Assembly: GCA_051418015.1 (NCBI GenBank)
Contig: JBPRGF010000024.1
Span: forward strand, 98,635 to 162,634
From: Candidatus Nitrospinota bacterium M3_3B_026
Lineage (GTDB): Bacteria; Nitrospinota_A; UBA7883; JBPRGF01
Length of the DNA stretch: 64,000 bases
Direction of reading: 5' to 3'
The translations under genes and the position numbers were made by a program. Shown here piece by piece: positions 1 to 10,222 of this stretch (its first letter is position 1; every line of letters begins with the position of its first letter). Below the pieces are notes generated by a model. That model had not been told where the DNA came from. It did not search any database and saw nothing but the letters and a program-made list of their open reading frames with translations.

Positions 1-31
1 CCTCCTGGCGGGGCTTTTTTACGAAAACTTT

Positions 32-1171
32 ATGGACGGAAAAACAGCGCAGGACGCTTCGCCTCCGGTGAGCGTGGCGGTTATCAACTACAACGGCCGC
101 GGCGTCCTGGAAGATACGCTGCGCTCCATCATGGAGAGCGCGTACCCCTCCTTCGAGGTGATCTTGGTGGACGACTGCTCCACCGACGACAGCGTGGAGT
201 TCGTCAGGAAAAATTTCCCGCAGGTGAAAGTCTTCACGCAGCCTGAGAACAAGGGTCCCAACGCCGCCCGGAACCGCGCGCTGGCGGAGGCGAAAAACGA
301 TATCGTCCTTTTAAGCGACAACGACATGTCTCTGGAGCGCGGCTGCCTGCGGCTGTTGGTTGAGGCGCTGCTGGCGGACCCGGCGGCGGGGATCGCGACG
401 CCGCTTGTCCTGGACTCGAAGGAGCGCGACAGGGTCTACTCCGACAGCGTGAGGCTCCACTACCTGGCTTACGGGATCATCCCCCTGCGCCACAAGAGGC
501 TGCCGGACGATTTCGACTGGTCCATGCGGAGGATGGTGGTGGGGTCCGGGGGGATGATGCTGGTCAGAAAATCCACGGTGGCGCCGCTTGGCGGGTTTGA
601 TGAGGATTATTACTTTGGATATGATGACGGCGAGTTCACCCTGCGGGCCACGGCGTCGGGGATGGGCGTGTACTACGTTCCGCAGGCAAAAATATACCAC
701 GTGGAGTCGGCGGGACGGCCGAAGAACAAGCTCCGCCATTCCATCGGAAACAGGTGGTCCCTTATCCTGACGGTCTATTCCGGCAGGACGCTTTTTCTGC
801 TGGCGCCCGCCTTCCTGGTTTTCGAGCTGACGCAGATTGCCTACCTTACGTTGAAAGGGGCGCCGGGCGAATGGCTGATCGGCCTTTCCCGCGCCGCAAG
901 GAATCTGCCGGCGACGATGGAGAAGCGCAGGCGGCTCCAGGCCGGCAAAAAAGCCCCGGACGGGGAGCTTTTGACGTCGGGGGAGATATTCATGTTTCCT
1001 TACAGGTTGGGGGGAGGGCTGATGTCGGTGGCGAAAGCGGTCTTCGAGGCCTTTTTCAACGGTTACTGGAGAATTGTCAGGCCCTTTCTCGCAGGGCGCC
1101 ATGGCGCGGCAGGCGACACGCTGGCGCATGGGCGGCCCGCCCCGGGAATGACCCGGCGCCGGAAACACTGA
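32..1171 (+). CDS. Glycosyltransferase family 2
   Basis: VSVAVINYNG, ILVDDCSTDDS, NKGPNAARN, SDND (DxD) and GGFDEDYYFGYDD motifs typical of GT2. Confidence 0.9.
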   Translation: MDGKTAQDASPPVSVAVINYNGRGVLEDTLRSIMESAYPSFEVILVDDCSTDDSVEFVRKNFPQVKVFTQPENKGPNAARNRALAEAKNDIVLLSDNDMSLERGCLRLLVEALLADPAAGIATPLVLDSKERDRVYSDSVRLHYLAYGIIPLRHKRLPDDFDWSMRRMVVGSGGMMLVRKSTVAPLGGFDEDYYFGYDDGEFTLRATASGMGVYYVPQAKIYHVESAGRPKNKLRHSIGNRWSLILTVYSGRTLFLLAPAFLVFELTQIAYLTLKGAPGEWLIGLSRAARNLPATMEKRRRLQAGKKAPDGELLTSGEIFMFPYRLGGGLMSVAKAVFEAFFNGYWRIVRPFLAGRHGAAGDTLAHGRPAPGMTRRRKH

Positions 1172-2334
1172 TGAATTTTTACGAGCCCAAAGGCCACTTC
1201 ACGGAAGTCCGGTTCGAGCTTACTAAGCTTTTCAACGGCGCTTACCCGGCGTTCGTGACAGCTGTCAGGCCCCGGGGCGCGCCGGAGAAAATCCCCTGCT
1301 TCTCATTCCACGACGTCGCGCCTGAGAAATTCGAGGCGCAGCTTCTCTTTCTGAAAAGGAACGGATACGAGACGGTCACCCTCGGCGAGTACCTGGAAAG
1401 AAAGGGGGAGGCCCGTGGCGAGCGGCTCGTTCTCCTGACCTTTGACGACGGCAGGGATTCCTTGTGGAAGGTGGCGTATCCGCTGCTTAAAAAAAACGGG
1501 ATGAAGGCAGTGGCCTTTGCCCTGCCCGGGGAGATCCGCGCCATGGAGGGGACGGGGAGGACCTTTGGCGGAGGCGGGGGGGGCTTGGATAGCGAAAACG
1601 AACTCTGCTTTTGGCCGGAGCTGGAGGCGATGGGGGATGTCGTGGACGTACAGTCGCATTCGCTGTCGCACTTTGTCATGTTCGTGTCGGAGCAGGTTAC
1701 CTGTTTTTTCACGCCCGCCATAAGGAAAAGGTGGATGAGGATAGACCTGCCCATCGTGAACGGTGGCGGCGTGGAGAGGGACTATTCTCTTGGAGCGCCC
1801 TTCTACGATATGGACTTGCGTCTTTCGGACAGGCCGAGGGTTTTCGAGCCGCCCCATATCCGCGAGCGGCTGGGAGAGATTGTCGAGAAGGGCGGAGGAG
1901 ACGAGTTTTTCGAAAAGCCGGGATGGAGACGAGCGCTGATGAAGGCCCACGACGAGGCCGCCGCCGGAGCGAAGTTCGCGGTTGAAACCGAAGAGGAGGC
2001 GGAGGCGGCCGTGTTCCACGCCCTGTCGGAATCGAAACGAATCCTGGAGGAAAGGATGGCAAAACCGGTGACCGGCTTGTGCCTGCCCTTCGGCGCGGGC
2101 GGGAGGACGGCGATGAGGATGGCGGCCCGGGCGGGCTACGAAACGATCTTCTGGGGCGTGGCGGCGCCGGAATGGACGAAGGATTTCCCGGATCTTGCTC
2201 ATGTAACCAGGATAAAAGACGACTACCTTCTCCGCCTGCCCGGCGAGGGGCGCGCGCCCTTGAGCGGCGTTTTCACGGAGAAGATCAGGCGAAGGCTCCG
2301 GTTCACCATCTCCGGCAAAGGGAGGTTGCGTTAG
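1171..2334 (+). CDS. Polysaccharide deacetylase (NodB/CE4) family protein
   Basis: LLTFDDG and QSHSLSH metal-binding motifs, LPFG; ATG at 1171 overlaps the upstream stop (TGATG), so the longer ORF start at 754 is not used. Confidence 0.85.
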   Translation: MNFYEPKGHFTEVRFELTKLFNGAYPAFVTAVRPRGAPEKIPCFSFHDVAPEKFEAQLLFLKRNGYETVTLGEYLERKGEARGERLVLLTFDDGRDSLWKVAYPLLKKNGMKAVAFALPGEIRAMEGTGRTFGGGGGGLDSENELCFWPELEAMGDVVDVQSHSLSHFVMFVSEQVTCFFTPAIRKRWMRIDLPIVNGGGVERDYSLGAPFYDMDLRLSDRPRVFEPPHIRERLGEIVEKGGGDEFFEKPGWRRALMKAHDEAAAGAKFAVETEEEAEAAVFHALSESKRILEERMAKPVTGLCLPFGAGGRTAMRMAARAGYETIFWGVAAPEWTKDFPDLAHVTRIKDDYLLRLPGEGRAPLSGVFTEKIRRRLRFTISGKGRLR

Positions 2335-2430
2335 GGCCTCCGTTTTTTCAAGGCGCCAGATGACGCCGTGTGCTACACTTTCGCTCCGTGTTTTAGCCCG
2401 GCTTTTTAGAAGAAGTTAGAAGAAGTTTTA

Positions 2431-4740
2431 ATGAAAGAAAACAAAATAAACCGCCTTCCGTTTCCTGTCTTGTTGATCCTCCCGGCCATGGTCACGCTGT
2501 ACGTGGGATGGTTCACGTTTCATTCCATAGACGCATGGGCGAACATGAACAACAACTGGTGGGACTTCGGGAATATAGACTCCGCCGCATACAATACCGC
2601 CCAGGGCAAGTTCATGTTCTCCAACGCGCGGCTTTATAACTACTGGAGCGACCATTTCGCCCCCATTCTGCTGGTCCTGAGCGCCTATTACCTGGTAGGC
2701 GACGGCCACTGGTTCATATTCTTCTGGCAGGCGCTTACCATCGGCCTTGCGGCCGTTCCGCTGTTCCTGATCGCGCGGGAGGTTCTGAAAGACGAGCGCG
2801 CGGCCCTTCTCATATCCGCGGCCTACCTCGCCAACGGCTATGTCCACATGGGCAACCTGTTTGACTACCACATGGTCTCCCACATGGGCCTTTTCGCCCT
2901 TTCGGCGTTCTACGCCATGATGAAAAGGCGCTGGGGGCTTTATTTTCTTTTCGGGGCGTTGCTCATGGCCTGCAAGGAGGACGCGCCGATAATCTTCTTC
3001 ATGTTCGGGTTTTACGCGGCCTTCGTCATGAAAGAGAAAAAATGGGCGGCGCTGACGTGGGCCGTGGCGGGCGGCTACATGCTTTTCGTCTTCGGCGCGG
3101 CGATCCCGTACTTCCGCGCCTCCTCGATCAACGTCGTCGGCGATCCGGGCAAATACATGTACGCCGACAACTACGAGTGGATGGGCAGGTCCATCCCGGA
3201 GGTCCTGGAAAATATACGAACCAGGAGCGGCAGGATGATCCAGGCGCTCATGGAGCCCCCCGTAAGGGTGACGCGCTGGATGGGGTGGATCACCGGCTAC
3301 GCTTTCCTGCCGCTGATAACGCCGATAGGGTTGCTGATGGCGGCGCCATCCTCGCTGGAGATTTTCCTGAACGGCAGGATCACCGTGTCGGCGTTGCTAT
3401 TCCACTACCCGCTGATGATAGCGCCTCTCTGGACCCTGGCCTTCATCCTGGCTTTGCCAAGAGCCGGGCGGGCCGCGGCTTTTGTCCACCGGCGGGCGAT
3501 GCGCCTGCCGCCGTGGCTCTCAGCCGCCGCCAGGGGGGCTGCGGGCGGCGCGGCCATGGCGCTTGCGGGTTTTATCATCTACAGCGACGCCGCGAATCTT
3601 TTAAGCGGCGAGGGGCGCGCGCGCTCATGGGTTTATGCGCAGGATAAACAGCTTTTCGCGCTTCTCGTCCTGGTTGTCGCGTATATCGCCCTTGGCGGCG
3701 CGTCGTTCGCCGCGAGGGCGCTGGGCAGGGACGCGGGGGGGCGCGCCATAACCGCATTCGCCGTCTATATCCTGGTGTTCAACCTCCTGGTGACAAGCGG
3801 CAACGCTCCGCTGATGCTGACCGACGACGGCGCCAGGGTTTACAAGGAAAACGCGGAGATAGAATATGACACGATCTTCATAAACCCCGCCGTCTTTTAC
3901 ACACCGGAGCACCGGGAGCACGCCAGGCTGGCGCGGGAGAGCCTGAAGCTTATACCAAAGGACGCCGTGGTGGTATCCAGCCAGGAGGCGTATCATTTCC
4001 TGAACCACAACGTGAACTCCTTCCTCTACCGAGGGATGGATAAGTATCCCTTCCCGGAGATGGAGGTGGAATACGCGGCGATAGACCTCAAGAGCATTCC
4101 TAAAGCCGTCGGCCCGACGCTGTATGACAACCGGCAGGCCGTGACCGATTTTCTGAGAAACCCCGATTTCGGCCTGGTAATGGAGACGGACGGATTTCTC
4201 ATATTCAAGCGCGGCGCGCCGAAAACGGCGGATTACAGGTGGTATCTTGAAAAGGTGATGACGTATCACGCCGGTGAGCTTTCCGGGATCGTGGGCGGAC
4301 CCCTCGACGATCCAAAGGCGGCTTCGGGGCGCTCCCACGCCGCCCTGGCCGCGGGAACCCCAGCCGGACACCTGGTTTTCGGGCCGTACATCCCCCTTGC
4401 GGAGGGAGACTACGAGGTTGTATACAGGCTGAGGGCGGCGGGCGCGGAGGAGGAGCCCGTGGTCAGGCTGGACGTGGCCGTGAATCTTGGCAGGGAGATA
4501 TTAGCGGCGAGGATCCTCAACGGGGACGATTTCGCCGAAGGTGGCGGATGGGTCGAGGTAAGCCTGCCGTTCAGCGTCGATGAGGATGGAGAGGAGAGAA
4601 CGGAGTTTCGTGTTTATTACTATGGCGGCGCGGACGTCTGGGTGGAAAGCGTGAGCCTGCGTATGAGCTTCGAGACTTTTCTTTCCATGGCCATGATCCC
4701 GAGGCGCGATTTCTGGTCTTATCAGCCGGGCCGGGGTTAA
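2431..4740 (+). CDS. DUF2079-like multi-pass membrane protein (GT-C-like) with C-terminal periplasmic beta-domain
   Basis: WDFGN, DHFAPIL, FDYH and CKED motifs, many hydrophobic helices; C-terminal FGPYIPLAEGDYEVVYRL domain. Confidence 0.7.
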   Translation: MKENKINRLPFPVLLILPAMVTLYVGWFTFHSIDAWANMNNNWWDFGNIDSAAYNTAQGKFMFSNARLYNYWSDHFAPILLVLSAYYLVGDGHWFIFFWQALTIGLAAVPLFLIAREVLKDERAALLISAAYLANGYVHMGNLFDYHMVSHMGLFALSAFYAMMKRRWGLYFLFGALLMACKEDAPIIFFMFGFYAAFVMKEKKWAALTWAVAGGYMLFVFGAAIPYFRASSINVVGDPGKYMYADNYEWMGRSIPEVLENIRTRSGRMIQALMEPPVRVTRWMGWITGYAFLPLITPIGLLMAAPSSLEIFLNGRITVSALLFHYPLMIAPLWTLAFILALPRAGRAAAFVHRRAMRLPPWLSAAARGAAGGAAMALAGFIIYSDAANLLSGEGRARSWVYAQDKQLFALLVLVVAYIALGGASFAARALGRDAGGRAITAFAVYILVFNLLVTSGNAPLMLTDDGARVYKENAEIEYDTIFINPAVFYTPEHREHARLARESLKLIPKDAVVVSSQEAYHFLNHNVNSFLYRGMDKYPFPEMEVEYAAIDLKSIPKAVGPTLYDNRQAVTDFLRNPDFGLVMETDGFLIFKRGAPKTADYRWYLEKVMTYHAGELSGIVGGPLDDPKAASGRSHAALAAGTPAGHLVFGPYIPLAEGDYEVVYRLRAAGAEEEPVVRLDVAVNLGREILAARILNGDDFAEGGGWVEVSLPFSVDEDGEERTEFRVYYYGGADVWVESVSLRMSFETFLSMAMIPRRDFWSYQPGRG

Positions 4741-4772
4741 TATGCGGCCCTTTCTTTTTTACGGCCGGGGTC

Positions 4773-5774
4773 ATGGGCTCTGAGAAAAGAGGCGGCGGCG
4801 CGATGGGGCGGCTGTTCCGGATCGCGCTTTCCACGGCGATAATAGCCGTTCTCCTTTACCAGATCGACCTTCCCGGCCTTGCGGATACGATAAGACAGGC
4901 GCGTTTTTCCATGCTGGCGCTGGCTTTTGCCATGCTCCTTGCCGAGCAGGCCGCCGGGGCGCTCGTGTGGAGGGCGATGATCGCGGAGAAGGGGTTCAAG
5001 GCGCCGCTTTCGGACATCCTGCGGGTCGTGCTCGCGTCGGATTTTCTGGGCGCGGCGCTTCCCACCAGCATGGGGTCGGACGTCGTCAAGGTGGCCGGCC
5101 TTTCCAGGTATATCGGCAGCGTCTCGGAGGCTTTTTCGTCCCTGGTGGCTTTCAGGGTCATCGGGCTGGGGATAATGTTCACCGCCGCGGCGTTTGCCGG
5201 GTTTTTCTTCTCCGGCGCTCTGCCGGACGAGCCTGTGATCGAGACCGTAACCTGGGCGCTGGCGGCGGCTGTCCTGCTGGCCGCGGCGGGGATGGCTTTT
5301 TCGAGGACGGCGCTCTCCCTTGCGAAAAGGCTCCTCGGCGAAAGGGTCTATTTAAAACTCGAAAAGGTCCACGGGGCGTTCATGTTTTACATGAGCCACC
5401 CGAGGGCGCTTTCGGCCGCCGTCGCGGGAGGGCTTTTTATACAGCTCAACAGGATCGTCTACATGTACGTTGTCTCCCTGGCGCTGGGGCTGGACGCGCC
5501 GCTGGTCTCCTTCTTCGTGTTCGTGCCGGTGGTGACGGCGCTTACCATGATCCCGGTCTCCATCTCCGGGATTGGCGTACGGGAGGGGGGATACGTCTTC
5601 CTTTTCGGCTACGCGGGCCTTTCGGCCGGGCAGGCTTTCAGCCTCTCGATTCTCGGGTTCGCCATAAACATGCTGTACGTCCTCTTCGCCGGGGTCATGT
5701 ACTGGCTGTTCGGCGCGCCCTCCGGCGAACGGCTGGACAAGGTCGGGGAGCGGATCCAACGAGGCGAGCGGTAG
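4773..5774 (+). CDS. Lysylphosphatidylglycerol-synthase TM / flippase-like (UPF0104) protein
   Basis: LPTSMGSDVVK and IPVSISGIGVREGG motifs; about 8 TM segments. Confidence 0.85.
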   Translation: MGSEKRGGGAMGRLFRIALSTAIIAVLLYQIDLPGLADTIRQARFSMLALAFAMLLAEQAAGALVWRAMIAEKGFKAPLSDILRVVLASDFLGAALPTSMGSDVVKVAGLSRYIGSVSEAFSSLVAFRVIGLGIMFTAAAFAGFFFSGALPDEPVIETVTWALAAAVLLAAAGMAFSRTALSLAKRLLGERVYLKLEKVHGAFMFYMSHPRALSAAVAGGLFIQLNRIVYMYVVSLALGLDAPLVSFFVFVPVVTALTMIPVSISGIGVREGGYVFLFGYAGLSAGQAFSLSILGFAINMLYVLFAGVMYWLFGAPSGERLDKVGERIQRGER

Positions 5775-5776
5775 CT

Positions 5777-6829
5777 TCAGCCCCTCGCAGGCGCGGCGGC
5801 AGCGTCGCGCCGCCGTCTCACTATCCCCATGCTGAAATCCATCTGCCAGCCGCATGTGCAGCCCGGGCATTCCTTGTTGAAGCCTTTCAGACGGTTCTCC
5901 CGGTACTTCGGCGAGCGCAGGATCTCCCCGAGGCTCTTCTCCCGCACGTTTCCCGATGGGGGCATGGCCCAGCAGCCGTGATAGACGTTCCCGAAGCTGT
6001 CGATGTAGACGTGCATCAGCGCCCGGGCGCAGTAGTATTCAGGGTTGCGGCTGTCCAGGTACAGGGCCGGTATGCTCTCGAACTGGCGGACCGTTCCGTT
6101 GACGCTTTCCGGATATTTTTTCTTAAGCTCCACGACGCGCGCCGCCGCGCGCTCCATCTGCTCAAGAGTGGGGAAAACGGATCTGTCCACGCCGGTGAAA
6201 TAGTAGGCGTGAGCCTCCGGGATGTTGAAGCTGACCGGCGCTCCCGTCCGACGGGCGTAGCTGATGATGAAATCCACGTCGTCCACGTTGTTTTTCATGA
6301 AGGTGAAGGCGAGCCTGACTGGTATCTTTTCGGAGACCAGCCTCTCCACGAGGGCCGTGGTCTTCTTGAAACTGCCGGGCACGCGGACGTAGCCGTCGTG
6401 GTTTTCCTCTCTGCCGTGAAGGGATATCTCGACGACGTCGACGCGATTCTCCCGCAAAAACTCCACGTCGGCGTCCCGGATAAGCGAGCCGTTGGTGGAG
6501 ATTTTAACGGCCAGACCCCGCGTCTTCAGCCTCTCGACCAGCGGGTAGAGCGTCTCTTTGCGCAAAAGGACCTCGCCGCCGGTGAACCGCGCCGACAGCC
6601 CTCCCAGGGCGGCGAACTCGTCCACCACCGCAGTCCATTCCTCGGGCTTTAGCTCCTTTTCCTTGTCCCCGATGTCGTAGCAGCCACAGGTGACGCAACG
6701 ATAGTTGCACCTGTCCGACAACATGGCCATCAGCATGGGAGGGAAAAAGGAGCCCGGGTTGCGCCGCACGTTCAGCTGATACATGGCGCGCGCCCCCGCA
6801 GCCGCCTTTCGAAATTTGCCTGAGATCAT
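5777..6829 (-). CDS. Radical SAM protein with SPASM/twitch domain
   Basis: CNYRCVTC (CxxxCxxC), FTGGE, ISTNG; C-terminal CARA...GNVYHGC...GNV...CPGCTC. Confidence 0.9.
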   Translation of the reverse strand: MISGKFRKAAAGARAMYQLNVRRNPGSFFPPMLMAMLSDRCNYRCVTCGCYDIGDKEKELKPEEWTAVVDEFAALGGLSARFTGGEVLLRKETLYPLVERLKTRGLAVKISTNGSLIRDADVEFLRENRVDVVEISLHGREENHDGYVRVPGSFKKTTALVERLVSEKIPVRLAFTFMKNNVDDVDFIISYARRTGAPVSFNIPEAHAYYFTGVDRSVFPTLEQMERAAARVVELKKKYPESVNGTVRQFESIPALYLDSRNPEYYCARALMHVYIDSFGNVYHGCWAMPPSGNVREKSLGEILRSPKYRENRLKGFNKECPGCTCGWQMDFSMGIVRRRRDAAAAPARG

Positions 6830-6993
6830 TTATGAATGACGTCCTTTCACTGCGCGCTGGAAACAATGGTTAAATACCAAGTTTACCAGACCGCGCCGCG
6901 CCGTTATAGATTGAAGGTTTTTTTTCACTTCCGCGCGGTTTATGCCCCATCCCGCCGTGATGTACAATTGGACGCTCAACGAAGGGGGGACTT

Positions 6994-7209
6994 GTGATGA
7001 TAACAAAAGGCAACCTGATACTGCTTCTGAAAAGGGTGGTCGTCATAACGGCGATATTTCTCGCCATAGGCTTCATCTTGGACATAACGGTGAACGGCTT
7101 CAGTCTTCCCGAGGCGCTGGAGAGGCTTTATAAATACGGGCTGGCCCAGTCCCTGATGTACGCCACGGTGGCGGCGATCGCTCTCACCCCATTTAAGGGC
7201 GGGTCTTGA
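6994..7209 (+). CDS. Small 2-TM membrane protein
   Basis: GGGGGA SD upstream, two hydrophobic stretches, stop overlaps start of the next gene. Confidence 0.6.
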   Translation: MMITKGNLILLLKRVVVITAIFLAIGFILDITVNGFSLPEALERLYKYGLAQSLMYATVAAIALTPFKGGS

Positions 7210-9224
7210 GGCCGGACGAGAATTCTCCCGCCGCCCCCGCGCCGGATTATGCCGAGACGGAAACCGGCGCGCGCCATCCCGCGGGGTGGGCAGGGCGCGC
7301 CGTCGTGGCGCTTCTCCTGCTCTGGTCGCTTTTCCAGCTATCCATAGCCAGCGTTGTCACGCTGGACGCTTTCCGCGTCCGCGTCATCCACCTGGCCTTC
7401 GCCCTGGCTCTTGCCTATCTTGCCTTCCCGGCGCGCAAAAAGTCGCCGCGGGACAGGATACCGCTTGCGGACTGGGCGCTGGCCATTCTCTCCGCCCTGA
7501 GCGTCCTTTACATGATCTTCGACTACGAGGGGATACTCATGCGCCCCGGCGCTCCGTTGACGAGGGACATCGTGGCGGGGGCGGCGGGAGTTGTTCTCTT
7601 ATTCGAGGCGGCGCGCAGGACGCTTGGGCCTGCGCTGGCGGTTGTGGCGGGGCTGTTCCTAGCGTACTCGTTCCTTGGGCCGTGGCTGCCGGAGATCGTC
7701 GCCCACAGGGGCTACTCGTTGCGGCGGGTGGTGGACCACCAGTTCCTCACCACGGAGGGGATTTTCGGCGTGGCTTTGGGCGTGTCCGCCTCTTACGTCT
7801 TCCTGTTCGTGCTGTTCGGGGCGATGCTGGAGGCGGCAGGGGCGGGGCGATATTTCATCCAGCTCGCCTACAGCCTCCTGGGCCGGTTTCGCGGCGGCCC
7901 GGCGAAAGCGGCGATCCTCTCCAGCGGTTTCACCGGGATGGTAAACGGGAGCTCCGTCTCCAACACTGTCACGACGGGGACGTTTACAATCCCCCTCATG
8001 AAAAAGGTGGGCTACCCGCCGGAGAAGGCCGCGGCGATCGAGGTGGCCGCCAGCACCGACGGCCAGCTCATGCCCCCTATAATGGGCGCGGCGGCCTTCA
8101 TCATGGCGGAGTTTCTGGGGATAACATATCTCGACGTCGTCCGCGCGGCCATCATACCCGCCCTCGCAAGCTACCTGACCCTCTTTTACCTGAGCCACCT
8201 GGAGGCCCTCAAGCTGGGGCTGGAGCCTGTGAGAAAGGGCGAGCTCCCGCCTTTTCTGAAAACTTTTTTGAGCGGCGCCCATTACCTCGCCCCCGTCGCC
8301 GCGCTGGTGGCTTCGCTCGTTATATACAGATATTCCCCCGTCACGGCGGCGTTCAACGCCATCCTGATACTGCTCGCCATAATGGCGGTCCAGAAGCCGT
8401 TTGCGGCTCTCCTCGCCGGAAGGCCCGTCACCCCGGCGCTGCTTGCGGGATTCGCGGACATTTACACGGGCCTCGTCAAAGGCGCGAGGGGAATGATAGG
8501 CATAGGAGTGGCCACCGCCGCCGCCGGGATCATCGTGGGGACCGTCACGCTCACGGGGCTGGGGCTGAGGGTGACGGAGGTGGTGGAGGTCCTCTCCATG
8601 GGGAGCCTGCCGCTGATGCTTGTCATAACCGCCGCCGCGTGCCTGGTCATGGGCATGGGGCTGCCCACCACGGCGACGTACATAGTCATGGCCACCCTCA
8701 CCGCGCCGGTCATCGTCGCCCTCTCCGGGGATATGGGATACGCCATACCGTTGATCGCGGCCCACATGTTCGTCTTCTATTTCGGCATCCTCGCCGACGA
8801 CACGCCGCCGGTGGGCCTCTGCGCCTATGCCGCGTCGGGGATAGCCGGGTCCGATCCCATAAAGACCGGTCTGCAGTCTTTCGCCTACGACATCCGGGTG
8901 GCGATATTACCCTTCATGTTCGTTTTCAACACCGAGATGCTGCTGATCGGAGTGGACGGTTTTCCAAAGGGCGCGGCCGTGTTCGTCTTCACCGTCCTCG
9001 GGATGTTCGCCTTCGCATCGGCGGCGCAGGGGCGCGGCCTGGAGCGGATAGGGTGGGCAGGCAGGCTCGCGCTTCTGGCGGCTGCGGCGATGCTTTTGAA
9101 CCCTGTTTTCTTCAACAGCCTCCTGCCAGCGCCCACGGCCTACCTCTACTCCGTCGCGGGCGCGATGATTTTCCTCGGCGTCGCGGCGTTGCGCCGCGGG
9201 AGCAGGGAAGGGATGGTAAAATGA
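7206..9224 (+). CDS. TRAP transporter 4TM/12TM fused permease (TAXI type)
   Basis: GGPAKAAI, GQLMPPIMGAAAFIMAE, GMGLPTTATYI and ADDTPPVGL motifs. Confidence 0.92.
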   Translation: MRPDENSPAAPAPDYAETETGARHPAGWAGRAVVALLLLWSLFQLSIASVVTLDAFRVRVIHLAFALALAYLAFPARKKSPRDRIPLADWALAILSALSVLYMIFDYEGILMRPGAPLTRDIVAGAAGVVLLFEAARRTLGPALAVVAGLFLAYSFLGPWLPEIVAHRGYSLRRVVDHQFLTTEGIFGVALGVSASYVFLFVLFGAMLEAAGAGRYFIQLAYSLLGRFRGGPAKAAILSSGFTGMVNGSSVSNTVTTGTFTIPLMKKVGYPPEKAAAIEVAASTDGQLMPPIMGAAAFIMAEFLGITYLDVVRAAIIPALASYLTLFYLSHLEALKLGLEPVRKGELPPFLKTFLSGAHYLAPVAALVASLVIYRYSPVTAAFNAILILLAIMAVQKPFAALLAGRPVTPALLAGFADIYTGLVKGARGMIGIGVATAAAGIIVGTVTLTGLGLRVTEVVEVLSMGSLPLMLVITAAACLVMGMGLPTTATYIVMATLTAPVIVALSGDMGYAIPLIAAHMFVFYFGILADDTPPVGLCAYAASGIAGSDPIKTGLQSFAYDIRVAILPFMFVFNTEMLLIGVDGFPKGAAVFVFTVLGMFAFASAAQGRGLERIGWAGRLALLAAAAMLLNPVFFNSLLPAPTAYLYSVAGAMIFLGVAALRRGSREGMVK

Positions 9225-9276
9225 AACAATTCCGTCATGCAGACGGCCAGGTTATGGAACGATTAAAGACGACGCC

Positions 9277-10032
9277 ATGAGGATCGCGATCGCCATTGCA
9301 ACGGCGCTCATCGCGCTGACACTGCCCGGCCCTGCCGTGGCGGGGCCTTCCATGGACATCACGCCGCGGGAAAGCAACACCGGGACCGTTGACGAAGGCG
9401 AGTCCGCAGCCCGTGATTTCACGATCAAAAACACCGGCGACGCGCCGCTTGAGATCAAGAGAGTGAAAACCTCCTGCGGGTGCACAGCCTCCGGCCTTGA
9501 GAAAAACAGGCTGGCCCCCGGCGAGACGGCCCTCCTGCGCGTGGAATATGACACGGCCGGAAGACCGGGCAAGTTCAGGAAAAAGGTGACCGTGTTCGGC
9601 GACGACCCGGAGAATGAAAGAGTCCATGTCTACATCTCCGGGTTTGTCAAGCGCGCGCCCGGGCCGAGGATATCGGTTGAGCCGAGCGTTCTCCGAGTCG
9701 GTGAAATACCGCCCGGCGGCCCGATCCCCGTGAAGTTCACCATCGAAAACACCGGAGAAAAAGCCCTCACCGTCAGCAGGGTCACGCGGATAAGCCTCAA
9801 CGAGGAAAACCGTCCCGCGGACCGCGCCGTGGTTCTGGATAAGCCCTTCACGCTCGCGCCGGGAGGACGGCGTTTTCTTGAATTCCACGCCCCAGCGCCT
9901 GGCGGCGGAAATTTCCGGATCGTCTATTCCATAATGTCCAACGACCCTCACTTCCCGACAAGCTACCTGCGTGTCCTTGGCGGGGCCATTGACGAAGAGA
10001 CTAAGGAGACGCTCTCCGGTTCGCGGCGCTGA
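9277..10032 (+). CDS. Exported DUF1573 (Ig-like) domain protein
   Basis: Signal peptide; FTIKNTGDAPLEIKRVKTSCGCT motif; second Ig-like repeat FTIENTGEKAL. Confidence 0.8.
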   Translation: MRIAIAIATALIALTLPGPAVAGPSMDITPRESNTGTVDEGESAARDFTIKNTGDAPLEIKRVKTSCGCTASGLEKNRLAPGETALLRVEYDTAGRPGKFRKKVTVFGDDPENERVHVYISGFVKRAPGPRISVEPSVLRVGEIPPGGPIPVKFTIENTGEKALTVSRVTRISLNEENRPADRAVVLDKPFTLAPGGRRFLEFHAPAPGGGNFRIVYSIMSNDPHFPTSYLRVLGGAIDEETKETLSGSRR

Positions 10033-10222
10033 GCACGCGCGGGCGCTTTTTCGGCTATGCCATGAAAAGCTCCGGTTTATCAGCCTGATTTGGCTGGTTT
10101 TGAGTTCCGCGGGCGTGGAAATTGTAATATCATATGAAAGTAGCGCAAGGGGATTCACGCAAGCGGAATCCGGCTGAGATCATCCTGTTTCAAGACCCGC
10201 GGACGCGGCGCGCGGAATATTT

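Noticed and set aside
7286..9220. Long alternative-frame and antisense ORFs (e.g. 7286-9280, 4967-6652, 58038-60137, 52269-53909)
   Set aside because: Shadow ORFs expected in GC-rich DNA; Arg/Gly/Pro-rich, no motifs, and they overlap well-supported genes
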